Assembly (NCBI GenBank): GCA_047495785.1
Contig: JBLDXI010000009.1
Location: 1,116,001-1,180,000, forward strand
Origin: Lepidodermella squamata
Taxonomy: Eukaryota > Animalia > Gastrotricha
DNA length: 64,000 nucleotides
Reading direction: 5' to 3'
Shown: positions 1 to 14,200 of the stretch, piece by piece
Layout of the letters: each line of letters starts with the position of its first letter
How positions within the stretch are numbered: the first letter of the stretch is position 1
Translations under genes and position numbers: made by a program
The notes under the pieces: model-generated
Seen by the model: the letters and a program-made list of their open reading frames with translations, nothing else
Databases searched by the model: none
What the model was told of the DNA's origin: nothing

Positions 1-923
1 CAATCAACAGGTGTGGATATCTAGCGTCTTCGTAAGTGTTTATGATTTGACGTCGGTTTTCATTTTCAAATTGTACAGGTCCCACTGTCTTCTGTCTTGC
101 ACCCTCCCCGCACCAGAGAGTATGAGTAGTATTTGTAAGAGCTAACCCCGTCAGTATTCCGCCGAGCTTTAAAAATGCTCAAAAAATGTTACACCACGAA
201 CAGGAGCAATCGGGTTGGACCCACTTAGGAACTGACATGGAATTGACGTGGACATGGAATGACCGAAATTACAAAATCCTAGCTTGAATTACACTTCCAG
301 TTTAATTTAAAAGGACACATGCCAAAAGGACTCCATGATATTTCGTTTATTAGTATTTTCCACGCTTCAAATCGGAAATTGTGCCAAAGCGGTAACTTCT
401 CAATATAAAAAAGTCATCACAATTCCTCGGCTGATAAGCACTGCGCAAAAAAATTGCGGTCCCTGATGGTCTGTGATTCGCATGGTGTTTGCGAAAAATA
501 AACCATGCGGTTGCACCATGACATTTTTTCATATTCTTAAAGTATACCCGATCTCGAAGAATCTGGTAAATTTCACCACAAGCTTTCACCACAGATTCAC
601 CACGAAGAATGAAGATTTTAATTTACGGTGGACCGGACTTCTTTTGCGCAGTGTAATTGGCTCTTAGCATCCTGAGGGCTGGTTCGCAGCGAACGATGGT
701 ACATATAGATATGTATTTTATTGAACTTGTGAATCTGAGGGTACGCTTAGTGCGTCTATTGGTGCGAAGGAGCCACTATGTTGAATGAAATTACGGGGTG
801 TTCGGGAATGTGTCTTATATCTTGTTTTTTTTCTGTGTATCATAAGGCGCCGATAAAAATGCACATAATGCGAAGTTCACATCATTCTTGGGCTGCGATT
901 TAGCATGGTATATTTGGCAGCAA

Positions 924-3800
924 TCAAAAGAATGTCTTATCACAGTATTGAAAAGGCACCATGTTCATCTTCGCTTTCCTCCGATCAATCTCGCTTTGGA
1001 TCAAATAGGCAGCTGCTCTGCATGCTTTGCGCCCATTCTTCGACTTGCTGACCAAAACACCGACACTGAATAAAAGCAAACGGTAAGCACCACTGTCATC
1101 GTAAATTAAGCTATTTTACCCAGTGCCAAGGTCGCGAAAGTTGATCACAACTTGTTGCCCGGTAGAGCTCATCCGTGCATTCGGATGTAGGGTGCATCGA
1201 ATTTGGGACGATTTGTCTGATGATTCTACGGCGACAACATCGATTACGTGAACGTGACAAGCTCGGCAGGCGACCGCCTCCTCAGCTTGGGCCGATAGGT
1301 TTAGCGTCAGTGTGATCTGCTCGCGTAATTGTGTTGGCATTGATGAAAATGCCTGCCGCTTTACCGCGGCTGAAGTTGTGGATGCAGGCGTAACAGGACA
1401 AGCTTTCATGAAAATAACTGGTGAAAACGCGACAACGTTTGATGCAATTTTTTTGTTTCCAAGCTCAGCCAGCGTAACTTCTCCAAATTTGAGATATTTT
1501 ACAGCGATATTAGTGGTATACTGCACCGCTAGCGGCGGGACAAAGATTTTAACATGCTGCGGAAGCTTGGAAGTATGCAATGGAGATGGAGCTGATTCAG
1601 ATATAGGAGAAATGGGCAGCCCAGATTCAGGTGGCAGCTTATCAAAATCCAGCCGGAATAATCCACCTGTTGCGCTAACTTTGATTATTTGCGTTGTTGG
1701 GTCGCTCATTGAAGCCTCATTCGACGAAAATTTTGTAGCGTTACGTTCTTTCGGGCTTTTCGGTTGGCTGAATTTTCTGAATTGAGTTTCGTTGAGCGGG
1801 GGCGGTGGCAACGGAGGCTGAGCTGAAGCCATTTGGAGCAATCCTGGGCTGACTGTTTCTTCGATATGTGTAGAGTAATCGGCGTCATTTTTCACAGCCA
1901 TCGATGACGGAGGAGCAGGATAACCTGTAACGTTGTTTGCCAGTGGTTGCTCAGTTTTTGAATCAATTGAATTGCAAGAATATTCGCATTCGACTGGTGC
2001 GCTGGCTTGCCTTGACGATACAAAAACTTCAGCCTCGATTTCATTAACGTCCAATTTCCTGTGATCGGACAAAGGCCGCGAAGCGCTTCTCAAGCGACAG
2101 TCCGTGCTATCTTCATTCGCAGCCGCATTATTGAGATGGCTGTGATCATGGCTCTTGTTCAATGGATTGCCATCTTTGCTATCTTTGCGATGTCGGCACA
2201 TAGGGAAAGCTGTTAAACCAGTTTGGTTTGCAATAGGATTCCCTTGCAGGCAGTACTCTTTCAACCGTTTTGCCATAAAACGTAACAGTTCAGCCGACAT
2301 TGCCACAATTTGGTTACCGCTAACATCGAAATGCTGAAGACGCCCCAGTGACAAAATTTCTTCCGCGTTCAGCCTAGCAATTCTGTTGCAAGCAGCCGAA
2401 ATGCGAACGAGTCGTTTAGCTCCTCTCGAAACCCCAATCCCCAAAGGCAACACCTCGAGTCTATTGTGACTCACATCCAAGTCAACCAAGTTTTTTAGCT
2501 GTGGGGCAGGTATAATAAAGTGAAAGCCTAATATTTACAAAGAAATTATTTTTGAATACCTTTCCTACGCAGAGATTTCGAAGTTTATTCTGCGACACGT
2601 CCAAGACACGCAAATTTTGCGACAAGCAGTCCGAAATCGCTATCAAATTATTTCCAGCGGCCTGAAAAAATTTAGCAATATTTTTATTAGGCGAAGACAT
2701 AGCAACTAACAGAAACCTCTTACCAATAAAATTTGCAGTCTGTCTAGTTGTGCAAGACTCGCTGGCAACACTCGCAATAAGTTGCGAGACAGATTCAGGT
2801 ATCTCAACGATTTTAGTTCCGACAAACAAGCCGGAACGCATGTCAGCTGATTGCTGGCCAAGCTCAATTCGCTTAAATAATCTAGGCGAACAAATGACGG
2901 TGGCAAATCGCTCAGCTTATTTCCAGCCAAGTTCAATGCGCGAAGAGCTGGCAATCGACAAATGATCTAGAAGAAAGTGTATAATTGTAATCTGACATGA
3001 TATTTCCAAGGTACAAACGGGCGGTAGGGCTTTGAGACCGTTTTCGCCAATGTTGAGCACCCGCAGGTGCTCCAGGAGAACAATCTCAGTCGGGAGTGAC
3101 GACGCTCCGTTGCTGTTATCCTCCTCGCCATCCGTCAAAATATTTCCTTCAAGGTCTAGGACACGTAGTAATTTCAGCCTGGCGACATCTGGCGGGATAT
3201 TGGTCAGGTTATTCCACGCTAAATTTAAATAGGCTAAACGCTTCAGTCGCCATACTGAAGCTGGAATAGAGGAAAATCGGTTGCTTTGTAAATCCAATTC
3301 AACTAGGTGCCTGCAGTTCGCCAGTGAAGCCGGTAGGTTTGAAAGCTGATTCTGGCTCAGCAGCAAGCATTTCAGGTTTCTCAGTCGACCAACGTGTGCG
3401 TCCATTAGCTGCAAATTGTTGTTGTCCAAGCGCAGTGTTTCCAAAGAAAGAAAATCGAATACTTCGGGAGGGACGGACTAAAAACAGAAATGATATTCCT
3501 TTTTGATGCATCGGATTCAATGATACTAACATCCAAGTTACGGCGACTCAGCAAAACTTCGATAATGCCGGAGTAAGATGTCACAACCTCAAGCCGACAT
3601 CTATTTTCGCCACCCAGTTGCTTCAGCGCTCGTCGCACCAGCCACGGCACATACCTGCCATTCGATTTGTAGCCCATGCTAGTGCTCCCACTAAAAGCTT
3701 CGTAACCTTCACGGGGCTGTTTTCCGGGGTGATTTTTGGGCGATAGTTCCATTGAAACATCTTTTGCTGTATCTAGGGCGGTTCTTTTATCGGTGGACAT
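924..3800 (-). CDS. Leucine-rich-repeat protein with C-terminal ZU5-like domain (PIDD/LRRD-like architecture, no death domain); 6 exons
   Basis: Many LxxLxLxxNxL repeats across ORFs 2917-3444, 2706-2954 and 1116-2489, joined by GT-AG introns. C-terminal IIKVSATGGLFRL...VKIFVPPLAV...FSPVIF resembles ZU5. The last exon (...QYCDKTFF*) ends at TGA 924-926. Confidence 0.75.
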
Positions 3801-4407
3801 CCTCGGTAAGCGAGTAAGGAGCTATTTCTCACATCTGCCAACTTTTACCTAATACTTCTCACGTAGGCACACATTGTTGTTGGGCGACATGGTAACCAAT
3901 GTGACTTCAATTGTGCGTGAAAAAATAATTCGATTAGGCGCAAGTCGACGCGTTCCGGATGATTAATTAGTTTGTTTACGTCATACCGACAAAACACTCC
4001 CGGTCAATGTATCATTTTCACATTCATTTTATTGCCACTTGCAAGAAATTTATCAAAAACATAAATATACATACTGCGTAATTGCGGATTTCTCATGCTT
4101 TCAATAAAGCTAACACTGAAGAACAAAAACAGAGTTTCCAAAAGATGAAAAACCTTAATCTAAGGCACACGCCGTGAATTCACCAAAATTGTCGATTTGC
4201 GAGACGCTACGAATAATAGATAAAAAACGCGCAGTCAACACCACCAGAATGACGAACAGGAAAAGGCCAGTCATCTTTGGATTACAGCCGCTGACTGAAT
4301 GTAGAGCTTTACTTTGAGACCTTCAATTGGCAATTTACAAATCCGTTACGCAGTTGGTCGAACAATAACTGAGCAAAATCAGTTACACTATTTTTTCGCT
4401 TTGAAAG

Positions 4408-6668
4408 CTAGGAGGCATTGGTTTGATTAGGTACGGCTTTTTCATTAGATGACATCAGCTTGCTGATTTCGTCTTTAGATCTCAGAGGCAACGGATGAGC
4501 CTCAGTGTTGAAAACCCATTTATCAAGCGGCAAAAGTGAGGCATCGTCAGAAAACAACAAATATAAATATTTCAATGTTTCGGCAAGGAAGAAGCTCTCC
4601 ATCTTATTCCTAGTAAAATATCTTTGCTTGGCGTCCAAAACAGAGTCTATTGAACAGTAGCCGCGGCCATCAGGTTGTTTCGCATATGTTTCAATAGCTC
4701 GGAAGATACGCCAACCCCATACACGATATTTCGGATCCTTAGTATGGCGATACATATAGAACAAACTTTCCACTACTTCCGGACGCAACAGATAGTGCGA
4801 ATCTTGAGGCTTAATAATGATGTCGTCTTTTGCACTCGGGGCCATATTGAAGAAAACGATCTCCGGCGAAAGGCCAGTTGCCGTAACGTCATACATTTTG
4901 TAACAAGTGTGTGTCAAATTCGCAGCTATGTCCAAAGCCTGCTTTTCTTTTTCCAAAGCAGCTTCGCCCTCGCCGAACATGTGGTTCTGAATTCCAAGAA
5001 CAATAACACCGGGTAAAAAGCACACAAGATGATCCATTTTCGGGCTGAAACTATGTCCCCCTAACAATCTGCGAAAATCATCAAGTTTGATAACAAAAAT
5101 GAATAAAAATTAGTTGTTTACTCTCCAACATAGAGCAACTTGGAGGGCTCAGATTTTCGGATGAGTTGTTTTGTGATTCCGTCGTAAGCTTCAAGGAAAT
5201 CCGCCAACAAGAAGTCTATGGATTTACCAGATTGGAGCCAAAATTTGAGCAGGTACTCGTAATATGAATCTCCGCGAGCCCCCAATGTAATCGTTGAGCC
5301 TCCTCGCAAAGTGCCCGAAAGAGGATTAATAAAAATGGGCACCAGTCCGTGACTTTTTGTCTGAAATAAATATTTTCTTAATATGTAAATTTAGGAAATA
5401 ACTAGCCATACTTGTTCATGAAGAGCGTCAGAGACACGCATCACAGCTTTCTAATAAAGTCAAGTAGTTAGCAAAAATTACAAAAATAATCCCTGCAACT
5501 TGCTCGATATTTAGGATCTCCGGTCAAGTAAGATAGTTCAGTGAACTCTAGTTGAAGGGTCGCAACCTCGGATGTGGAACTATCTTGGCTCCATTGTGGA
5601 TTTTTCGCTTCGCCTGTAGCCAAGTTTATATCGGAATAAGGAATTCCAGAAGGGCTGGAAAATGCTGGCAAGAGGCGATCACCGAGGTCGCGCTGTTAGA
5701 AATTATCAATATTTTAATGCTGAGTGTTGGCATTGAAGATAACGTACCGCTTTATCCAAAAAAACCTTGTCACCGGACAAGTGATGAGCCGACAGCAACC
5801 CACCCAAAATGCGGATGGTGACTTCGAATAAATTGACATATCGCGGCCTGGCCAACTCCATTTCGCTGACCCAATCCCTTGCACGTTTGAATTCTGAATC
5901 GACAAATTAGCATGGTCGCGATTTAGCTTCGACTCATTAATAAGCTGCCGCCTCACCTTCTCGAAGATTCATGATCCAAATGGTGTCTAAAGAGTCAACA
6001 ATCGTTAACCCAAGATCAAACCATGTTGAATAAGACTTTGTAATCGGTTGCAACTCATCGCGGCCCCAAGCCCAACGTCGATAAGCATCCCAAGCGTATT
6101 TGAACGCGTTCACTATAGCATCTTGATATCGATTCTTTCTTCCAGCACCAATAGCTTTAGATTCGTTCACCTAACCAATATCAATATGAAAAGGATTGAT
6201 CACTGGTAGCTGAAACTCACGTGAACATATTCTTTGGGTAAATCTTCCCGCTCAGGAGGGTGGCGAATAATAATCTCGTCTTCGGTTTGTTTCGGCAGAT
6301 GATCAGCAGAAACATCGTGAACTTCCGGCGGTGGCTTTATTTCACCATCTTTCCCACCGACCTAACGGGTTCATTAGACAAGATGGATTAAAAATAGGCT
6401 GGAGCAACTTTACATTATTTAGAGAAGCAATAGTGGGGAGAGAATCAGAGCTGGACTCCTCCGCGGAAGTGATGGGTAGCTTCGAGCGCAACACGTAGTT
6501 TGCTTTAACAACATATATCGATGAAGCGGCTGCTGTCAGCAACGCCACAATTATAAGTGTTCTTTGAAGCTGCGAGAGTCTGTTCCAGCTCTGAAATTCA
6601 AAAAGTTTGAGCCACTGGTATAATCACAATTGTCAGAAACTCACCCTCCAAACTGAAGGTCTGTGCAT
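4408..6668 (-). CDS. MAN1B1: ER mannosyl-oligosaccharide 1,2-alpha-mannosidase (GH47, type II membrane); start codon uncertain
   Basis: GH47 motifs [78 protein letters not shown]-terminal [12 protein letters not shown] plus a TM segment, as in MAN1B1. Confidence 0.92.
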
Positions 6669-8200
6669 AGGCGGTAAAATAAACTTCAAGTCACTACAGC
6701 AAAAACCGACACTAAAACGTACGAAAATTTTATTTGAGCGAAAGATTCAGTGAGAATTAGGCATGTTTGAGTAGGAATCGATTTTAACTGACAGAGGAAT
6801 GTAGAAGATATCTGATTCTTTAGGATTAGATCACGTCACAATTGTAATGGTTATTGATTTTCGTGAAATATCTAGAGGGAAAAAAAGAAACGTCTAAAAG
6901 GTTTGCTACAATTCGATATAAGCGCAGCCTTGTCAACCGACAGCACAAGCACAGAGCAGGAAAGATGATCGATTCTCCAAGATATCGATGGCATTAAATG
7001 CATATTCCACCCACGACTACGCCTTGCGGTGGCGACTGATGAAACTGTTTCAGAATAAGCTCAATATAATAGTCGCATCACGTCTGCCTTAGATCGGCCA
7101 AGGACCTAATGCCACAGAACGCAGGCAAACATCCAATCGATGCACTTTCAACGTAGATATCTAAACTCTTTTAGCGAAATCAAGCACAGTCCTTCCTTCT
7201 CAAAAAAGGTAAAAAGGAAAAACAAATGAGAAATTATTAAAAATATTTGTTGGATATTTGCGTCTTAAAATATAATACTATTAATTTTTGAATTTCTTAT
7301 CTGATTTGTTATTCATATTGCGTTTCAGCATATGAATAAATTGCGATTCCAGATTCCAGATCCAGATTCTGCCAGGAATAGTTACCTGAGGTTGACAGAG
7401 CTAGAGCCTAGAGGTGAAGAATACCCCAACCCCCAACTGAACGCTCATGATGAACTCGTTCCCATTCGACGAGCGGCTTTGCCACCTGAAATGGCTCACC
7501 CTGGCTGGAAGCTGACAGGATGCATGTGCTTAAGCAAAGCTCGTCTTTCAATGCCTCCGAAGCACCTCTCAAACTCATCGAATAAGTAGTCCAAACCGAA
7601 AACCCCGGACTCCGCAGCTCTTACAATTGCAGCCTTAAGGTCGCGCAATCGGATATTAGTACGCAAGATCTTACTTTTTTTCAACTGTGGTTCGAAAGTC
7701 GAGGGCATGGAGTCAGACTGAAGGCTGACTAGTGACCATTTCTTTCGGTAGTTTGTAAGCTCATGCTCTTGAGTCGAAGCCGCCTGCTGCAGAGAAGGTG
7801 TCCAAGTGGATTAAATGTCATCACGTGATCATCACGCTGCTTTCATAGTCAATTTGCGTTGTCATTGTAGAGTTGCTCAGTGATTTGCGCGACAAGAACC
7901 GTGTAAAACATCGCCAGTGCGGTGACTCGAGCTCAAAATTCTATTTGCTTTCAAGTGCAATTCAACTCATATCCGAAATGCGATCACACTTCGTGCGATA
8001 TTTGTCTGTGGTTTGCCGTTTGCCGTTTACTTCCTAACTCTTAATGCCGCTCCTGCTTTCATTGATTCCACCTTGCATTGAAACCGTAAATTTTCCTATG
8101 ATGTCTGTCAGATTTAATATCTTAAATTTGGGTCCATCCTATTTTATCTGCTGATTTAAGTTTTTATCTCTATTACTCTGCTAGCAGACATTAAATTGTT

Positions 8201-9668
8201 ATGGACCAGCGTTTCCAACAAACGCTTAATTTTAATTTCAACAATGTGCCTGTTCGTTTCAACTTGTCATCGACTCAGCCTTTGCCGGAAAACTTCGTTA
8301 CGAATACTGTTAGATCACTTGTAAGGAATGCATCTACAGCGATTGGTTACAACGAAAATAGAGGCGATCAACCAATCGTGGATGCGCCACCGAGTGCTAG
8401 TGCAATGTCGCCTGATCCTCCAAACTCAACTTCGATACCAATGTGGAATAGCTCAGCTGGCCCTTCTAACCCTTCATCTTTTCACGCCGAGCCGCTTCTG
8501 CCTACATCACAATCGACGGAGCCTCCTGGCAACACTGATCAGCAGGCTAGCGATGAAGCCGCGACACAAGCCAATGGCCCCGCTCCTACGCAGCAAAATG
8601 GTCGAGTTCAAAATAATAACGAATTAATTTCTCAATTGATGCCTCACATCATTACCGCCACTCGAATCCTCATAGTTCTTTTCGGCAAATATTTGTCTGC
8701 TTACTTCCTCGACTTGGCACTTTGTGTCAGTCTAATCTTCTCCTTCTTCCGGGCCGAAGGAGCTGTGAAGCGATTGGCATATTCAGATCATTTACTGTCA
8801 TGGAGAAACTTGCGATCTGTCGTTAACAATTTATTTCTAGTCGGATCTGGAATTGCGTTGACAGCATGGCTGTACTCCCCTTCTGAAGTTTTCTGGTTAT
8901 TTGCCTTCTACATCAATCCCGAGTCATGGTCTTTCGGAAACTTTATTTCGACGGTGAGCAATTTTTAGGAGACAATTTTGTTGGAATAATGTTAATTTTT
9001 TAAGGCTACCACGGTGATAACAGTGAATTATTTTGTGAAATGCTGCGTTACTGCCGTGAAACTACTGTTGTGCCTGGGTACTCGTTGCAAAGCCCAGTGT
9101 CTTCCACAGATGCCTAACGTCTTGAACTGTTTGGATATTTTTGGTCATCTCTACTTGAGTGTCATTATTGTCTGCTACTGGTATGGTGGTTTGAATCGCC
9201 AAAAATATTGTGATTCAATGAGTTTTGTTATCCAGGTTTGTCTACATAATGCGGGCCGATGGCAATTTCACTGTTGGTATCACAATTTTCGTAGCATACA
9301 TCGTCAGCCGAGTTCCGTATTTTTTCGGCCTCGCAAAGGATTGCGTTTTGTCTGTTATCAGACTGCTTTCATGTAGAGTGAGTTTGAATCAATCCAGGAT
9401 GTTTGAATATTTAAGCTTTCTCCACACTGCTTTTTAGACTCATGGCAGAAGAGCAACACCGAGTGAAGTCGAGCTTGCATCCAGCTGTGCGATTTGTCTC
9501 CAGGATGGATTTCGTTTACCTACCGTTGTGTCGTGCAACCATGTGTTTTGCCACTCTTGCATCAGTCGCTGGTTATCTGAGAACAGAAGTTGTCCGGTTT
9601 GTCGGCAAAACTTGCTGACGGGCAACGAAACTAGCTTACATGGTTCAAGAGGCATCTTTTTCATGTGA
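8201..9668 (+). CDS. RING finger and transmembrane domain protein (RNFT1/RNFT2-like ER E3 ligase); 4 exons
   Basis: Low-complexity N-terminus, several hydrophobic segments, and a spliced C-terminal C3HC4 RING CAICLQDGFRLPTVVSCNHVFCHSCISRWLSENRSCPVCR; stop TGA 9666-9668. Confidence 0.75.
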
Positions 9669-10712
9669 ATGATGAAATGCGAATGTGCTTCATACTTGAA
9701 TTGTAAATTGTTATTTTTATGTTCTTTTCTACTTGTCATTGAAACTTGACTTACGTTAATGCAGGCCTCTTACTGATTTTTTATATTACTCAGCCTTTAA
9801 TTATTATTTTGTTGGGCCCTATGAAACTGATGCAACGCTTTTTCGTTCGATGTGAAAAGCGCTATATTCTCGGTGCATTGGGAATTGAATGAAATTGTAT
9901 CGTTTGTTGATTTTAATAAACGTTGTAACATGCTTTGGAACGTAACTCCGTTATGGAGACAGATGATCGCCTCGCTTGCTGACGTCAAATATTCGAGAAA
10001 ATAAAGCTGAAATATCATTATTTGGTTTTGCCTTTATTCTTTTATCAATTACGAGTCGAACTCGTGAAGAGCGAAATATCAACGCTGCTACATGAATGTG
10101 GAAGAAACAATATTTCGAAAAAATAAGATATAATTGAATATCATTTACAGCTAAACCCTAACAATGTCTGTCGACTCCATCAAAAATAGCGTCGCACCTC
10201 TGGATGATAGGATGATTCATTGACGACTGTTGCGAGTACAAAACATGGGCGCAAGGTGACATCCAGAAGACGGAGGATCATAGCTAAGGTCATCATTACA
10301 ATAATCCGCCACCAATTTCCTAGCGTCTATTGGGTTTACAAAGTCAATTATTGCTTCAGTTGTGAGCAATATCAAACGAAAAATCTTCAGCAGTTCAACG
10401 CATTGCAGAGCAATAGATGAATGGAACGAAGTATCAGAAAGTAGATTGGGTAAGATCACAGATTTCGTCCTACTTCATGATTTGAATCGAAGACACTTTC
10501 ATGATCTTAAAAGGCACGTCACAGCAAATACCTCTCATGTAATAAGCTTTGAAAAATTTCAATCATTCATTATGCACAGTTACTAACAAACAAGAGCTTT
10601 TCCATTTAACCGCAAACAGAACAACATAACGGCAAGGAAACTTGTATTCATTCATATATTTATTTATTCAATTACAATTTATATTTAATATTTATTGTTT
10701 TGTTACAAACGA

Positions 10713-12418
<1,706 letters not shown>

Positions 12419-12530
12419 TTAAAAAATAAACATTATAGCGCACCAGCACCTATAAAATGAATGAACAATTGAGGATAACGTCCAAGAAATCTTAAAGGAT
12501 GGGGTGTAGCACATCAAAGTATCGCATTCA

Positions 12531-12534
12531 CCGC

Positions 12535-12571
<37 letters not shown>

Positions 12572-12818
12572 GCTCCTTGCCACTGAGTGTCTTCAGGTTT
12601 CCTGTTTTGAAGGAGTAGGCATCATACTGCTCAACACAAAAACATGGAATCATGTGCACACACAGTTTTGCGTGTCCAGATCCGGGAGCTGGGGCGAAGC
12701 GACTTGCTCAAAGCCGCAATTTTGATACTGCTCTGTGGGCAGCTGGAAACGAACGCACGACCTTCGATGATGATGAGGGGCGCTCTATCCACTGCGCCAC
12801 TGTGTTCCCGCGATGATA
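12531..12818 (-). mobile_element. tRNA-derived SINE with (ATT)n tail and target-site duplication
   Basis: Minus-strand head GGAACACAGTGGCGCAGTGGATAGAGCG (A box), then GCGTTCGTTTCC (B-box-like). The 3' tail is (ATT)10 (plus-strand aat run 12541-12570). Flanking direct repeats ccgcgatggta (12531-12541) and ccgcgatgata (12808-12818). Confidence 0.8.
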
Positions 12819-13579
12819 TTGTCTACTTATTTTCTATTTGAGAAGAATTCCACGAACTAAGCCCGATCACTGTTGAAGAGATGAAGATTAAAACAGAGCG
12901 TTACACCTAGGTGTTCAACTCTTAATAACATGTTATCCAATTCATCAATTGAATATCCAGGACTCCATTCTCCATTGTAAAATCGAGTTATAAGTAATAA
13001 TTACCGTGTTTAGGAGCACAACGCAGAGGTGCTGTGGTGGAAACGCAACTGCAAGATTAATAGCAATTAAATAAGACAACAGATATTCGCATACATATGA
13101 GAGATAGCTTTAAATGTCAGTTGAGAGAATGACTTATCAAATGAGTAAGTAGTAAGTAGCCGCCAAGTGCAAGCGGGGCGGCAGGAGACCAGAAACAGAA
13201 GTTAGCTGTAGAGCGGGAAGATAACCACTATTAAATGCAAAGGATGAAACACGCGCGCCAGACGCGAAACGCAAGCTGCGGCTCTCGCTCAAGGCTCAAG
13301 GCTCAAGGCTCAGGTGGGAAGCGAAAAGGTAAAGCAGAGAGTCCCTTGAGCCTCGTGCGCTATGTGCGCCTGGTGATGGGAAGAAACTACAAAATTAAAA
13401 AAAATCACACTTTGCAAAATTATCAATATAATTAGTTTATATAAAAAAATCAATTGTATAAGGACAGTTGAGCGAGATAATACGTCGCAGGTTATTCCGA
13501 TTCTTCGAACCTCGAACGTCTAGTCGCAGACGCGAACGCTGTGGCTTCAAGTTGTAAGTTGCATTGCATACGTTAGTCC

Positions 13580-14200
13580 GGCTTTTTCAGCGTGAATACA
13601 TCAGCCCATGGATGATAGCTTAACAAGGAACTTTAATTTGTTTCTTTAATTAGTTTCCTGGCCGTTAGCGCTGGCTACCCGAGCGTCAAACGGATTGCGT
13701 GAGCCCAACAGCTCACGGCTCATGGCTCCGACCTCTTCAAGCAGTCACTCATTCTAACTTCTAGCTCGTCACCACAATTTGACATTTGTAGCTGTTAAAG
13801 ATCAGGCACATTATGACACCATCGGGATTGCGACTAGGCATTACCTGCATTAACCCGGTTTTGTCTTTGCGCCCAGCCCGCGCTCAGCAATGCAACCCTG
13901 ATGCCATCCCTGAGAGGTGGCATATATTGTTCGCCCGCGAGAAGCATACCTACCTACGCTGTTCGGGCGTGCCAAACCTAATATACCTATATTTGAACTT
14001 TCTTGAGCCGGCCATCGTGAAATTGCAATGCGCACTCACGCGTGTAATGCGCGTAGTCCAAAGATGACGCAATGGATACTGCTATCGGTGTCACCCAATG
14101 TAGATTTTTCATGGGGTAGTATTCCATCACATGCTTGCCAATTTCGATCGAGGCTACGATGACTGGGTCCATTGCATAACCGCAATAGGGCGTTTTATGT
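13580..14200 (-). pseudogene. Decayed protein-kinase relic (TKL/TGF-beta-receptor-like motifs)
   Basis: Colinear but frameshifted fragments: VMEYYPMKNL (hinge), IAVSIASSLDYAH (~GLAYLH), SSNI, CIAERGLG (~CIADFGLA), MSRELL (~MAPELL), WADVFTL (~ADVYSL). No intact HRD or DFG motif. Confidence 0.35.

Noticed and set aside
640-780. Possible older SINE copy (ttgcgcagtg...ggttcgc...aaggagcca)
   Set aside because: Only short, patchy similarity to the 12.5-12.8 kb element, with no tail or TSD; not supportable without an alignment.
6831-6838. UPRE-like TGACGTGA upstream of MAN1B1
   Set aside because: A single 8-mer, not matched upstream of the other ER genes; could occur by chance.
7496-7811. ~105-codon open minus-strand frame with possible splice sites between MAN1B1 and RNFT
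   Set aside because: No recognisable homology and no partner exons could be assembled.
12735-12807. Functional tRNA gene
   Set aside because: It has A/B boxes but no convincing acceptor or anticodon stems, and it continues into a body, an (ATT)n tail and a TSD, so a SINE fits better.
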